Origin: an uncultured Nitrososphaeraceae archaeon | Lineage (GTDB): Archaea > Thermoproteota > Nitrososphaeria > Nitrososphaerales > Nitrososphaeraceae | Length of the DNA stretch: 64,000 nt | Direction of reading: 5' to 3' | Assembly (NCBI GenBank): GCA_963765895.1 | Contig: CAVXZB010000019.1 | Location: forward strand, 377,301-441,300 | Program-made: the position numbers and the translations under genes | In this document: in pieces, positions 33,590-44,757 of the stretch | Position numbering within the stretch: position 1 is the stretch's first letter | Layout of the letters: each line of letters begins with the position of its first letter | Notes under the pieces: model-generated | What the model was told of the DNA's origin: nothing | Database searches by the model: none | The model's input: only the letters and a program-made list of their open reading frames with translations

Positions 33590-33899
33590 TTTTTCTTCAT
33601 TAAAATGTCAAGATTCTAGTTTATTAGATTTGGGTAAGTCCCTACCATAGATTAAGCTTGGATAATTGTTGCACTCGAATCCGACTAAGAAATCTTATTT
33701 GCAATTTATATAATTGACACCGAACATCCACGGTTCAGATGACTATTGGTGATATTGACTTTAAGACTAACTTGGCCTGCAAAAAATGTGGTGATTTCGC
33801 TCTTAGGCTGTAATGTATCCTTTACACTAGATACCACGTGAGATCATAATTCACTGGATCTTTTTACCCTCCGACCGTTGGGATCATTCCTGTCAAATT

Positions 33900-34325
33900 C
33901 TAATTGATAATTGCTATGCTTTCTCCATAAATGCATCTAAATTTCATATAGAGTAGTGCACACTGGCCTGTGTCAAAGCTGCAACAGACTCCATCAATGA
34001 GTTCCTCTTTTCCATAGTTCCAATGTTTAGTATCAGATGAGTCATTTACGCAACTTCTTCCGCATAGTGTGCATTTATGAACTTCTGAGAATAAATCTAG
34101 GGCTTCATCTCCAAAAGCTTGTATACCGTATTGAGACCCGTCATCGCAAGTTATCTCCACAAGGTAGTATTCGATCCCATCTCTAGTAAAAGAAATCCTT
34201 TTGGGTTTGTCAGTTATTTTGCACCGCATACGACCAGTCTCTTGGTTAATCTTTGAGCTTTTGTCTAAGATATGCCCAGGGGACACCAGATGTCGTAACG
34301 CGTCTACGCTGCTGTTATAAATCAT
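33900..34325 (-). CDS. Hypothetical protein with C-terminal TRASH-like domain
   Basis: CTLCG...IDG...FDTGQCA..Y....IYG; same pattern as 26050-26241. Confidence 0.65.
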   Translation of the reverse strand: MIYNSSVDALRHLVSPGHILDKSSKINQETGRMRCKITDKPKRISFTRDGIEYYLVEITCDDGSQYGIQAFGDEALDLFSEVHKCTLCGRSCVNDSSDTKHWNYGKEELIDGVCCSFDTGQCALLYMKFRCIYGESIAIIN

Positions 34326-35282
34326 GTTAGCGTATCAGCACCTCCATCCTTGTTCCGAAATTGTCCGTGTCCCAACTCGGATAATTTGCAGTCATAGTAA
34401 GATCCAGAACAACTAAGATACGTAGTCTGAAGTCGACATCCCTGGATTGATGAACAAGCTGGTTCGTAGAATTCCATACAAAGAATTTCAGTATTTCATC
34501 TAAGATTAAGCCAGCTACAAATCTATTGGAAACACTCAACAAAGGTTTGAAGTACCATCCACAATTTATGATTAATAATACTATGAAAAGATTTTCTACA
34601 CGCCCCATTGGGTATAGATTATGCTAGATCAATGTCCTTAGCTCTAGCGGAGTACAACTATTTCGACCTCACAATTAGTATCACTGATTGATACATGACA
34701 GGAAGTATGAGAAACATAGGCCCACAAAATTACTCCTTCGCATTTATTATCAGCCGATCATTATCAATGTAATCTACTTCATCTATTAGTATGGTTTTGC
34801 ATCTAATAATCTCCTTTCCTCAAATATATTAGTGAACATTAACTCTTAACTATTGTAGCCAAACTAGACCATTGAATCAAAATAGGAAAGCAAAGGGGAA
34901 ATTCCGTCACTTACCTTGTCACTACATTATATATAGCTTTTAGTTGACGTCCTATTTGCAATATTAGATGCGAAGTGTGTCCCAGCATTGATTTATTGAA
35001 TTTTTGCAAACATGCTGACTTTGACAGAGCGCTCAGATCTGCATACGGTGATACCATATACCTTCTCGTAATAGAAGATCGGAACATAAAGGGCCTGGGT
35101 TATTTTATATCAATTGAGATTGCCGCTTTTGTCAATACGGTCTTCACATGGCCCAAGTATGAAGTTTTTCTTGCTCCTATGAAATCGATGCGTCTCTCAA
35201 TGAAAAAAGGGGTCTTTAATACCTCAATCAGTCACAATTCGATGTACCATAGGTTTTTATCTATTTATGACTACTTTTAAAC

Positions 35283-35444
35283 ATGGTGAGGGTATCTAAG
35301 GTTAACGACGGGATTCCGACGTTCGTAAAAGAGTATTTGGATTTGAAGGATATGGATGAGCTCATTTGGGATGAGAATATTCAGGATGGTGTGAGATTCT
35401 TTCGAGTTATTAAGAAGAATCCAGATAGCTCAAATCCTGAGTAA
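35283..35444 (+). CDS. Small AbrB/MazE/SpoVT-like DNA-binding protein, possibly degenerate (53 aa; not in ORF track)
   Basis: MVRVSKVNDGIPTFVKEYLDLKDMDELIWDENIQDGVRFFRVIKK; IPxxV..L.L...D.L.W pattern. Confidence 0.5.
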   Translation: MVRVSKVNDGIPTFVKEYLDLKDMDELIWDENIQDGVRFFRVIKKNPDSSNPE

Positions 35445-36342
35445 ATTGACATTTCTGATAGAAGATTATAGCTATTGCTATACAGATATGGCGTATTGAA
35501 TAGTCTAATTGTGTCTAAGTTGCTAAATTTACCTAAATGAGATGGGCCCTGATTCCTAAGGAGAAGCACTTCAATAAAACTTGTGCAATCCTTAAAATAA
35601 GATCCGCAGTACTCGGTAAAGTAGTGATTCTTATTGACAATCATTTAGCCGAAGATATGAATTTGTAAATACTGAGCTCTTGATTGCAGGTTGTAAGTCA
35701 CAGTCTAATTTCTTATAGTGTTATATACTTACGCATCCTGTGTGAGTAATACAGCTTCGATTTTCAATGTGTAGTAAATTTGTTTCGGTTATTAGGACTG
35801 TTATAAATTAGTCTTAATTTAGTTAGCCGCAAGGATCGTCGTTTGCCAATCCTGAGTCGAAGTCTCTGAAGTGACTAGGTTTACATCAACCCTACAGTCT
35901 GTACCTAGTAGGATTGAGGCATGCGAACACTGAATTTCCCGCATAACAATAAAATGCCGGCTAATAGTGTAAAATACTGGCGGAAATCAGTTTTAGTGCT
36001 TTCTATTCTTTTTGTACGTCAAAGATAACTCCTCGACAATGTCATTGTAGGTATATAAATCACCAGGATTGTTAGGACAAATTTAATTATACTTCATTTG
36101 ATCCTCAACAAAGGACAGGTTTGTTTCTATGAAATCCGCAATAGTCATTTATGCCATTGTAATCGCAGAATACATCAATTTAGACAATACGACTTGGCAA
36201 CAAAATGCACTTCAAACATACATTTAAGTCAAAAAATCCATACGCATGAATAATTTAAGCTCCATTGTTTTTGAATATGTTATAACAGATCCTCTCAATA
36301 CCTGGGATCCGAACCTGATATCATCAATTGTTCGGTTATTCA

Positions 36343-37055
36343 GGCTCTTCACTTAACAATCTTTTCCATAATCTTTCTGTTGTACATATCTACAAATAGA
36401 CTCAACCAATTCATGACATGTTTTAGCTTACAATCATTTTCTTTCCTTATAAGGAAAATAATTATCAAAACACCAGTTCTAACTTTTATGTATTGTATTG
36501 TCCTTTCTATGAAGCTTTTTCTTTTGATGAATGATTGTGATGTTTAACATTCGGGAATCTACATGCTTGTGGATACCATGTACCACCAATCTGTTGAAAT
36601 ATTGTACATTCCTATCTTTTAATCAAACACTGAATAAACGGTTGTTGTTTAGCTGCAAACATGTTCCTTTCAATGGAGATGCCAATACCAAGGATAGTTA
36701 TATCGGTTGGCTCACTAGAAACCCATAACCATGCATAGTCACTATCTACTTCAATCAATTTTTCATCTATCTATGATAAATCCAGATAGTTTGCATCTCG
36801 TTTGTTTGCAATATCTATCTTCCTCTGCATGTAACGCTAAATCCAGTTCCAAATAAATGGAAAACATGATTTCTTTTAACAATGAGATAGCCTTTATGAT
36901 GTTTTTAAGTAATAGGCCTGAAAAGTACAACTGTAAGAAGTAATAAACATATACTTTGATGGGGTCCTACGTCTTTAATTCTTTGTTTGGATATAGTCAT
37001 CATTAAAGTGTAGGGAGTTTTCAGATATAGGTTTATTCGTTAAGTGAACAGAGCC
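36343..37055 (-). mobile_element. Decayed IS6-family insertion sequence
   Basis: Inverted termini GGCTCTTCACTTAAC (36343-57) and GTTAAGTGAACAGAGCC (37039-55); minus-strand fragments KRNHV, IWNWI, YAWLWV..EP, SIERNMFAA, GGTWYPQACRF, SFIERTIQYIK, FDNYFP, CKLKHVMNWL. Confidence 0.88.
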
Positions 37056-37085
37056 CTGAGGACTATAAAAGCTTAAAAAGGATAT

Positions 37086-38190
37086 ATGTTCATGCTTGAC
37101 GTATCTATGATACTGCCTTACACTAGACGGAATGGTCCAGTACAAAATGAATTCATTAATCGCTGTGTTGGATATAGGTCATTTCACCACTCTCGAACAA
37201 AATATGCAAGTCCTGTAATATTCATCAGCTTGCTAGTTGGCTTTATTATTAGTTCTCCTTTTTCGCTGGTAGGAACTACATACGCGCAACAGGCAGCAAC
37301 AAAACTCCCAGAACGGATGTCATGGGAAACTGCAAAGGCTAATCCAGTCTCTAAGATGGAATCGGCATATGCTGCAGTTGGGGATAAGATCTACATAATC
37401 GCTGGTTATGGCGAAACAGGTAAAAGAAACAAGAATACTGTAGAAGTATACGATACAAAAACTAATTCGTGGTCAACTGCCGCTCCGGTGCCGGTAAACT
37501 TGAATCATGCTGCCTGCGGCTACGTATAATAACAAAATCTATTTGGTTGGGGGGTTTTTGGATAACAAAGTGCCGTCAAGTAGACTCTTTGTTTACGATC
37601 CTTCACAAGACAAATGGTTTGCAGGTAAAGATATGCCAACAGCAAGAGCAGCGTTAGCTGCTCAGTTCATAGACGGAGTATTCTATGTAATAGGTGGAAC
37701 ATCCAATAAGCCCCTGAATACTAATGAAGCATTTGATCCTCGCACCGACACATGGACTGAAAAGGCGCCGATGCCCACTGCAAGGCAACATCTAGCCTCG
37801 GCTGTAGTTGATGGAAAATTTTACGCTATAGGAGGCAGACCTACAGGTAAATCTTCAAACCTAGATAATAACGAAGCGTATGACCCTAAGACTAACTCGT
37901 GGAGTAAGTTGGCCGCTATGCCCACAAAACGTGGCGGCATTGCTGCATCTGTGGTCAATGGAAAAATCTATGTTTTTGGAGGAGAAGCTCCAGACAAGAC
38001 GTTCAATAATAATGAGATGTATAATCCGCAGACTAATAAATGGGTCGAAGAATTACCCATGCCAACGGCTCGCCACGGTCTGGCAACTGCGTCGATGGGA
38101 AATAACATTTATGTGATAGGTGGCGGACCCACACCCGATATTTCCTTCGCAAATGTAAATGAGGTATTTCATGCACAAGATACTGGCTAA
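37086..38190 (+). CDS. Secreted/membrane-anchored Kelch-repeat beta-propeller, frameshifted near 37515
   Basis: TM/signal segment, then six Kelch repeats (KIY.IGG...YDP..N.W...APMPT.R) across ORFs 37086-37529 and 37507-38190. Confidence 0.88.
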
Positions 38191-38542
38191 ATGGTCAGTC
38201 TCAAACTAGAATTCCCTTTTTTTAGCTTTTTTGTCGTGATGTCTACTTGATTAGTGATACTAGCTAGTGAGACCAAATAACATAGTTGATATCTCTTTAG
38301 ATGAGGCCGGAGCACACTATGTCCTAGATTGAATGGAATGAAAACTCAATCTTCCTACTGATTATCAAGAACTGCTATGTTGGACTCTTTGATACCTCAT
38401 CCCTACAGATTATAAAATCTGGATTGAATGAATTCCTGTTCAAAACGAGAAACCGAGGAAAGTTCAATTAAATCATTTTATAATGCGATGCAGAAGCTAT
38501 TCCAAAAAAAATTAAACGTAGTCCCCGATATATTGAACCATT

Positions 38543-38860
38543 TCAAGATCCTTGCCTTAGACGCTCTAGTATTTTTTCTTTTAACTCATCATCACTAATG
38601 CTTTCATGCTCAGCCACACCCAATTTTGAAGCCATATCTTCGAGTTTGTCCCTTGTCAAGATACTTTTGCCCGTAATTTTTTCTTCTTGCGGCTTGAGAG
38701 TCTGTTCAGTTTTGGCGAGTTCATACTTCGATTCTATTTTTGCCTTCTCATACTCTACTTTGGCTCTTCCCAACGATTTGAATAACTCAGGCAATTTCTT
38801 GGAGCCAAATAAGATTAGTCCTACTGCCACCAAAACTAGGATGACATTTTCGTAAGCCAT
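38543..38860 (-). CDS. tatA: Twin-arginine translocase TatA/E family subunit
   Basis: TM followed by LILFGSKKLPELFKSLGRAKVEYEKA. Confidence 0.88.
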   Translation of the reverse strand: MAYENVILVLVAVGLILFGSKKLPELFKSLGRAKVEYEKAKIESKYELAKTEQTLKPQEEKITGKSILTRDKLEDMASKLGVAEHESISDDELKEKILERLRQGS

Positions 38861-39262
38861 TTACTTAAAGACCGGTAGTTATAATAGGTTAACTTCCATA
38901 TATTTACTTACGCATCGAAAACGAGTTTCAGTACTCATGTCGCGATAATCCAATCATGGATGATTAGTAAGGCTGAAATCATGGATTCAACACCATTGCT
39001 TCTTCTATAAGTTAGTTACTCATTTGTAACCTACTGTCTACAATGCCGTACGTCTTGCCTGGCTGCTTGCTAATTCAATATAAAAAGGCTCTTAGTTCTG
39101 TTCTAATGGTCTGTTTCTTTATAACCCAATTAATATGATTGGTAACAGGATGCTGAAGAGTATAACCTATTCATTTATTGTTCTATTAATGAACAGTCAT
39201 GCTAAAAATAACTCAGTTCAGCAACGTTTTTAAAGATTGAGAATAATTTTACCAAAATTAGC

Positions 39263-40110
39263 TTGTTATCTTCAATGATAATGAACTGGAATTGGTTAGG
39301 CATTCAGTCTCCAATCTTGATTACATCAATAACGATCATCCTACCTATGTCCCTGGCTATAATTTTATCTTCACCAGATGCATATGCCTTGAACATATTA
39401 GAAACAACACATCCGTTATTTAGCACTAAGACATATGATGTTTCTAGCGTAACTACTATCGAAATAACTAGCAATTTAGGTAATGTCACAGTACCTACAG
39501 CTAGATCAGTATATGAAACAGGCAACATCTCCATCCCCGCTTCAGTTAGCGGATTTATTATCTACATACCTGACGAAGCACATCATTCAATTTCAGAGCA
39601 CAAGACAATCAGTCTGAAGAATGCTCACTTCATCCCTAGTAATCTGACTGTTCCTTCAGGAACATCCTTAGTTTACATGCATGGCGATCCTAATCATATT
39701 CATATAGAGATATTAAAGGATGCAAAATCCGGGCAAACAGTGTGGCAAACTGTTCCGATAAAACATCCCGGTAGCTCCGACGCTAAGGTACTACCTATAG
39801 GAACGTATGCAGTAACAGATCAGAAATATAAGAACATGACTGGAACTATAAATGTGTCTGGCAAAGAGAAGGCTAGTAGTAACAATCTTGTGACTGGTGG
39901 CATGTTCGTTCCAACACCACTATTACCAAAATACAGGACAGATTTATTGGCTGCTAAATTTAGAGTGCTTTCAACCTACGATTTCGTTAGTAAAACGGTC
40001 CAAAAGGATATCAATGGCCCCACCACTTTAATTATATATTCTACAACTTTGCCGATACAAGATGCAACGGCTCACTCAAACCCATCATAGCATCTCTACC
40101 TTATCGCTAG
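39263..40110 (+). CDS. Secreted His-rich cupredoxin-like protein; C-terminus probably frameshifted near 40075
   Basis: Signal segment, DEAHH, FIPSNLTVPSGTSL..HGDPNHIH, MTGTINV; alternate-frame ending LKPIIASLPYR* at 40110. Confidence 0.6.
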
Positions 40111-40980
40111 TCGATACCAAGAATTGCACACAACATCAGGACAAAAATGATTCAGAAATTCAATTCATCCATGACGTGATTGAATCTAGGCACATTTTAT
40201 CCTAATTAAAATATTTCTTTATAATGTGGAGATACTATAGACTTGAGCGTATTAATTTCATTGTATCTTTGATTTGAGAATACGATTTCGCAAGGGAAAT
40301 ATTTTAGAAATCTATTGCATCCCGAAATCGAATCACTCTATTGAACATACGTCGGTAAGAAAAACGAACGTGATAATTTGTCTTTGGAGTGTGCAAAAAT
40401 ACGCACATCCCAAAATGCCAAAAAGCATGATTTTTGCGTACGGTTTTTCGTTTTCCGCGAGGCCAAGCTTATAAGCATTGACGAGTGAAATCATTTCTTA
40501 CGAACTGAGCGAAGAATAAATAATATGTTTAATTATTTCTGTCGCTACTAGCTTAATATCACTCATTCGTTTTACCCCTGGATGTATGATATGATTATTT
40601 CGTAAAGCTGTTATGTTATCAGTGACTCGATTTAATTGACGTTAATCGAGAAATAAGGTCGCCGCTACTTTTGACAAATTGCCCATTGTCGCGCATTTAC
40701 GAATTATTGATCCGTAAAGTTTGACTCTGTTAAACTCCTGTATTGGAGTGGCCACGCTCAATTATATATTTTAGAGCAATCAAACATCAACTACAGGTAC
40801 TAAAGTTATTTGGCATTTCATTTACTTGTAGATCGTGGTTGGAATAGTATTACGCAATTCTTATGATATTTGGAAATTAAAATACACTGAAAATTATGTC
40901 TGGTGGCATTAATTGATAATTAGTGTAGGTCAAAAAATTTATAGTCTCCGATTACATGTACTTCTATCTCTGCGCGACAT

Positions 40981-41376
40981 TTACGGAAATGGTAAAGTAA
41001 ATGGAGTATCAATATTCTTGTTTTTGTTTCCATTAGCGTTTACTTTATTATCTCCTTCCTTGTGATAGTGCTCTCCATCCACGTTAGACTGCTGAGGACC
41101 TGATGACGTTGATGAAAGATCAACATGTATTCCATTACCATCATCATTAACAGCAGAATAACCCAAGGCTTGGTTGGCAAGATTCTTCCAGAATTGCATT
41201 TGATGTCCAGCATGACTAGCCGAGAATTCAATACTATTTTCTACCTTGGCATCAGCATTATCTCTATAATCAACCAGACGAATATCAGAAGTCTCAGCAT
41301 TTGCTTGCCTAGTTGCATAATGCATCAAAGTCAGGGTACACAAGAGAATAACGCAAAGAAATACAAACACGTTCAA
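40981..41376 (-). CDS. Secreted hypothetical protein ending in PFTLPFP
   Basis: Hydrophobic signal peptide with ANA cleavage-like site, polar body. Confidence 0.6.
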   Translation of the reverse strand: MNVFVFLCVILLCTLTLMHYATRQANAETSDIRLVDYRDNADAKVENSIEFSASHAGHQMQFWKNLANQALGYSAVNDDGNGIHVDLSSTSSGPQQSNVDGEHYHKEGDNKVNANGNKNKNIDTPFTLPFP

Positions 41377-42110
41377 AAATATATCATTAACAATATACTT
41401 TCTAATGTTCCTGGAATCATCATAGCGAGTCGTATTACTTCAATTTTTATTATAACCTCTTGTTATATTTGATTTAGGCAAGTTAGTCCTGTAATTTTTT
41501 TCCTGAATTTTTTTAGCTATGGAGGTACTTCTTAAAAGGCTGTAATTTGGCTTATTTCTGCTAATCATCATTACCAGTTCTACGGCTTGAGTAAGGTCAC
41601 GAAATGTCTTATAAATCGTATTTTTGAATAGATTTGAATAAATTAATGGGCACAGACTACTTCCACTGTTTTCATATGAATGCCTTTGCGTTTGGATTTC
41701 ATATAGTAAATGAATTGTAGCCATTAGAAGCCATTGGCATCCCTCTTGAATCGGGCACAGGAAACTAGGTCTTATGGCTGTGCACAAGCCTTAACCATAA
41801 CATTAACTCTAGATTTAACGTAGGACCAGATAGGACCACCAAGTAGGTTAATATGATAGGCAACAATGACTTAAGCAGAAGGATGGTTGCTCTACGTGAT
41901 TGATTGCAACTACAGATGATAGTTACGGTCCGACCTTCACATGGTTAACAGATTTGTTATTTCAGTGTTTGCGCTTTTTATCGTACACCAAATGCACTTT
42001 GTTATAGTGGAAGTAGCTGTTGCACCATATGATTAAATTGCCATCGATTAGAACTTACTCATATATCTTTTGTTAGTAATGGAAACTAATTTTGTAGTCC
42101 ATATGTAGAT

Positions 42111-42185
42111 TGGAGGGAATGGGATTTGAACCCATGACCACCTGCGTGTAAGGCAGGTATCCTAACCAATCTAGACCACCCCTCC
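42111..42185 (-). tRNA. tRNA-Val(TAC), intronless, CCA not encoded
   Basis: GGAGGGG/TCCCTCC acceptor stem, CCTGC-CTTACAC-GCAGG anticodon arm, ATGGG-TTCAAAT-CCCAT T arm; TTTTATAT upstream. Confidence 0.96.
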
Positions 42186-42525
42186 CAAATAGACGTGACT
42201 AAAAAGTTGAGTGTATGCATATAAAAGTCATTTGATATAAGCAGACGCAATCCTAAATCAGAATCAGGCGTCTAAATAATTAAGGCTTTCTCATACTGCA
42301 CGTAGCCTATGTGTAATTATTTTTTTTGCAGTACAGCTAATAGACTTAATGCCACGATCGATGTCTCCATGAGTAAGGATATTATTTTTCAATTTTAGCT
42401 GACATTGTCATGGTTCCGAAAATAGGTACTATTAGTCAATAAAAATTATTAGCATACTTGTTTATAGAATACTAATCTAAAAAAAACACAAAGTCCATAA
42501 ATATATTGTACGTGGCTGAATATCT

Positions 42526-42771
42526 ATGAGCATAGAAGTACGGAGATCGACGATATTGGTTGCCCTAGGTGTCTTTGCAATTTTCGTGTTAGCTGTCTCA
42601 ATTGCCGTGCCGGCGCTAGCTCTCAAAAATTACTTTAATTGCACTACCAAAGCGGCCAATAAAAGTGGTAAGCTATCAGCTGATGATGTTAACACATGCT
42701 ATTATAAGGTCTTTGTAGGCGCCAGAAAATATTATGCAAACGAATCTAGGATGCTATCGTTATCAAGCTGA
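42526..42771 (+). CDS. Small secreted protein with one Cys pair
   Basis: RR + hydrophobic signal + ALA; NYFNC...VNTCY. Confidence 0.65.
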   Translation: MSIEVRRSTILVALGVFAIFVLAVSIAVPALALKNYFNCTTKAANKSGKLSADDVNTCYYKVFVGARKYYANESRMLSLSS

Positions 42772-42961
42772 CCTGCGAGGGAATAACTCACCTGGTCAAG
42801 GGCGTGACTGATTACTCCCGTGATTGAGTAATTCCTGACGCAACGACACTCATCAAATGATAATTTCATTTTTAATTATTAGAACTCACTTCTTTTCTGC
42901 AAAGGCCATTTCAGTAGAGGTTCAAACTTTTATTAGGCCGATAGATTCAAGGTAGTAAGCA

Positions 42962-43477
42962 GTGGCACCAGAGGAGCAGGGGCAAGAAGACACCCTACAT
43001 CGGACCGATAAGCTGAAAAAAATGATTGCCGATATTCAGGAGCAATATGAAAATCTCATTGATTCTGCTCAACTCTACAAAAAGGGTAACCTTAATAATA
43101 AGGAATTTTTATTTAAACTCGGCGAATACATGAAGTCTATGTCGTCAATTAATTTTCTTTCAACTCAGATTATTTTAGAATTGAAGTCTGTCTTTGAAGA
43201 GAATAAGGGCCAAACATCCAATCCATCCTTGACTCCACAATCCGGCTCAAAAGCTCCACATAGCGGCGAGTCTTTATCCAGATTAAACCCCCAAGATTCT
43301 AGCAGCGATGATATACATAATATACAAGAGCCTACTTTTAAGCCGGTTACGATCACATTGGAAAATCCACGTCGCAGAAATGATGGAAATCCAGTGTCGA
43401 TACGAAAATGCCGCAAGTGTGGTCAGGGATTATCAATTCGAGCAAAATATTGTAATAAATGTGGAAGTTCACAGTAG
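42962..43477 (+). CDS. Protein with helical N-domain, disordered linker and C-terminal zinc ribbon
   Basis: CRKCG...AKYCNKCGSSQ. Confidence 0.7.
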   Translation: MAPEEQGQEDTLHRTDKLKKMIADIQEQYENLIDSAQLYKKGNLNNKEFLFKLGEYMKSMSSINFLSTQIILELKSVFEENKGQTSNPSLTPQSGSKAPHSGESLSRLNPQDSSSDDIHNIQEPTFKPVTITLENPRRRNDGNPVSIRKCRKCGQGLSIRAKYCNKCGSSQ

Positions 43478-44300
43478 TATTCCAACAATCGGTTTCGTTC
43501 GAATAGCTTAGCTTAGCTTCCTTGATACTAAACTCGAAATTTGAGCTGATATAATAAGAGTATATAATATCAGCATAATAATAATCCTTAGATATATAGC
43601 CAGTATACAAGACTTATAGGAAGTTCTGAAATTACGTTCATATTATTTGCTATAATTTAGTGAACCATGCTAATACAGTTCGTATCGATAAATAGATAGA
43701 CTGTACAAAAACGTATAGAAAATTATTAACTCCTAAGGTCGAATTAAAGATAAGTAGTGTGCGAACCCATCGCATTACCAAAAAATCGTTACCAAATATA
43801 TATGCTGACAATGAGCCATTTAATGTTTGCTAAACGTTGACCATTCTAGAAACATAATATTCCGAAAGACTAATTCGGTCCAAAATTGCTAGGTGTCTAG
43901 AGTCATCGGGGGTGTGTCAATGTGCTACAACCCAAATGATAAGATACTTAAATTACAAGAGTGTACATTAGAAATAAAATTTTGTTTGTCATTGTATTTA
44001 GAGTTGGCAACGTAGTATCGTGAAGACTATCTAAAGGTCCTAGGCTAAATATCATTTGTAAACAAGATAACGTGTAGCCTCACTTCTTATTTGTATTAAG
44101 CCATCATGTTGTCATGATGTTGAAAAAATTATGGTTGTTAGATGACAATAATTCGTAATCAGAAAGATGAGATGAATTCAAAATTTGAGAAGACAACAAT
44201 TCTGATTAAAATGTTAGGTTTAATCTATTAAGTTAGGATATTCCATCCTAGAATGTAGAAATACAACTATTAATAATATATCTTAGTATTAAGATAATTA

Positions 44301-44531
44301 ATGAAAGTCTTTAACGGGAGGTCAGCTACTGATGAGTACATGTCTACCCATTCGCTAACATTTTCGACCCCAGAAATGACTCTTAAGAAATTCGCCTTGT
44401 GGCTGGGTGAGCAAGTGCATGGTCCTGGTGATTCGAAGAGTCCAAGGTTATTATCATATATAGAAGATCTGAAAAATGACGATGATGAAGGAATTACCAG
44501 GATTAATCCGAATGTAGATGATTCTGTTTAA
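44301..44531 (+). CDS. Small hypothetical protein
   Basis: ATG start after an AT-rich promoter-like tract; overlaps the next ORF. Confidence 0.65.
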   Translation: MKVFNGRSATDEYMSTHSLTFSTPEMTLKKFALWLGEQVHGPGDSKSPRLLSYIEDLKNDDDEGITRINPNVDDSV

Positions 44532-44757
44532 GCCCAGTGGAGCAGTGACAGATATGTACGGTTTACAGAAAGCGCCAGATAGACCTAATGCTGAGCAGCC
44601 AAGCCCTCCCATCGGTATAGATTCTAAAGGCAATTTAGATGGTCAAAGATTAGAAAGACACGCTGGGTTTGCAGAACGAAAATATTGTACAGAATGTGGT
44701 AATCCGATCGGAATACACGCAAAATTCTGTACACGATGCGGAAATAAGCAGAATTGA
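44518..44757 (+). CDS. Small zinc-ribbon protein
   Basis: YCTECG...AKFCTRCGNKQ. Confidence 0.7.
   Translation: MILFKPSGAVTDMYGLQKAPDRPNAEQPSPPIGIDSKGNLDGQRLERHAGFAERKYCTECGNPIGIHAKFCTRCGNKQN

Noticed and set aside
34975-35280. ORFs 34975-35280, 35381-35644, 40274-40474, 41440-41787 and 45118-45399
   Set aside because: No motifs and atypical composition; cannot be supported as genes from sequence alone
25000-42111. Integrated island at the 3' end of tRNA-Val
   Set aside because: No integrase, and I saw no duplicated tRNA 3' end (att site)
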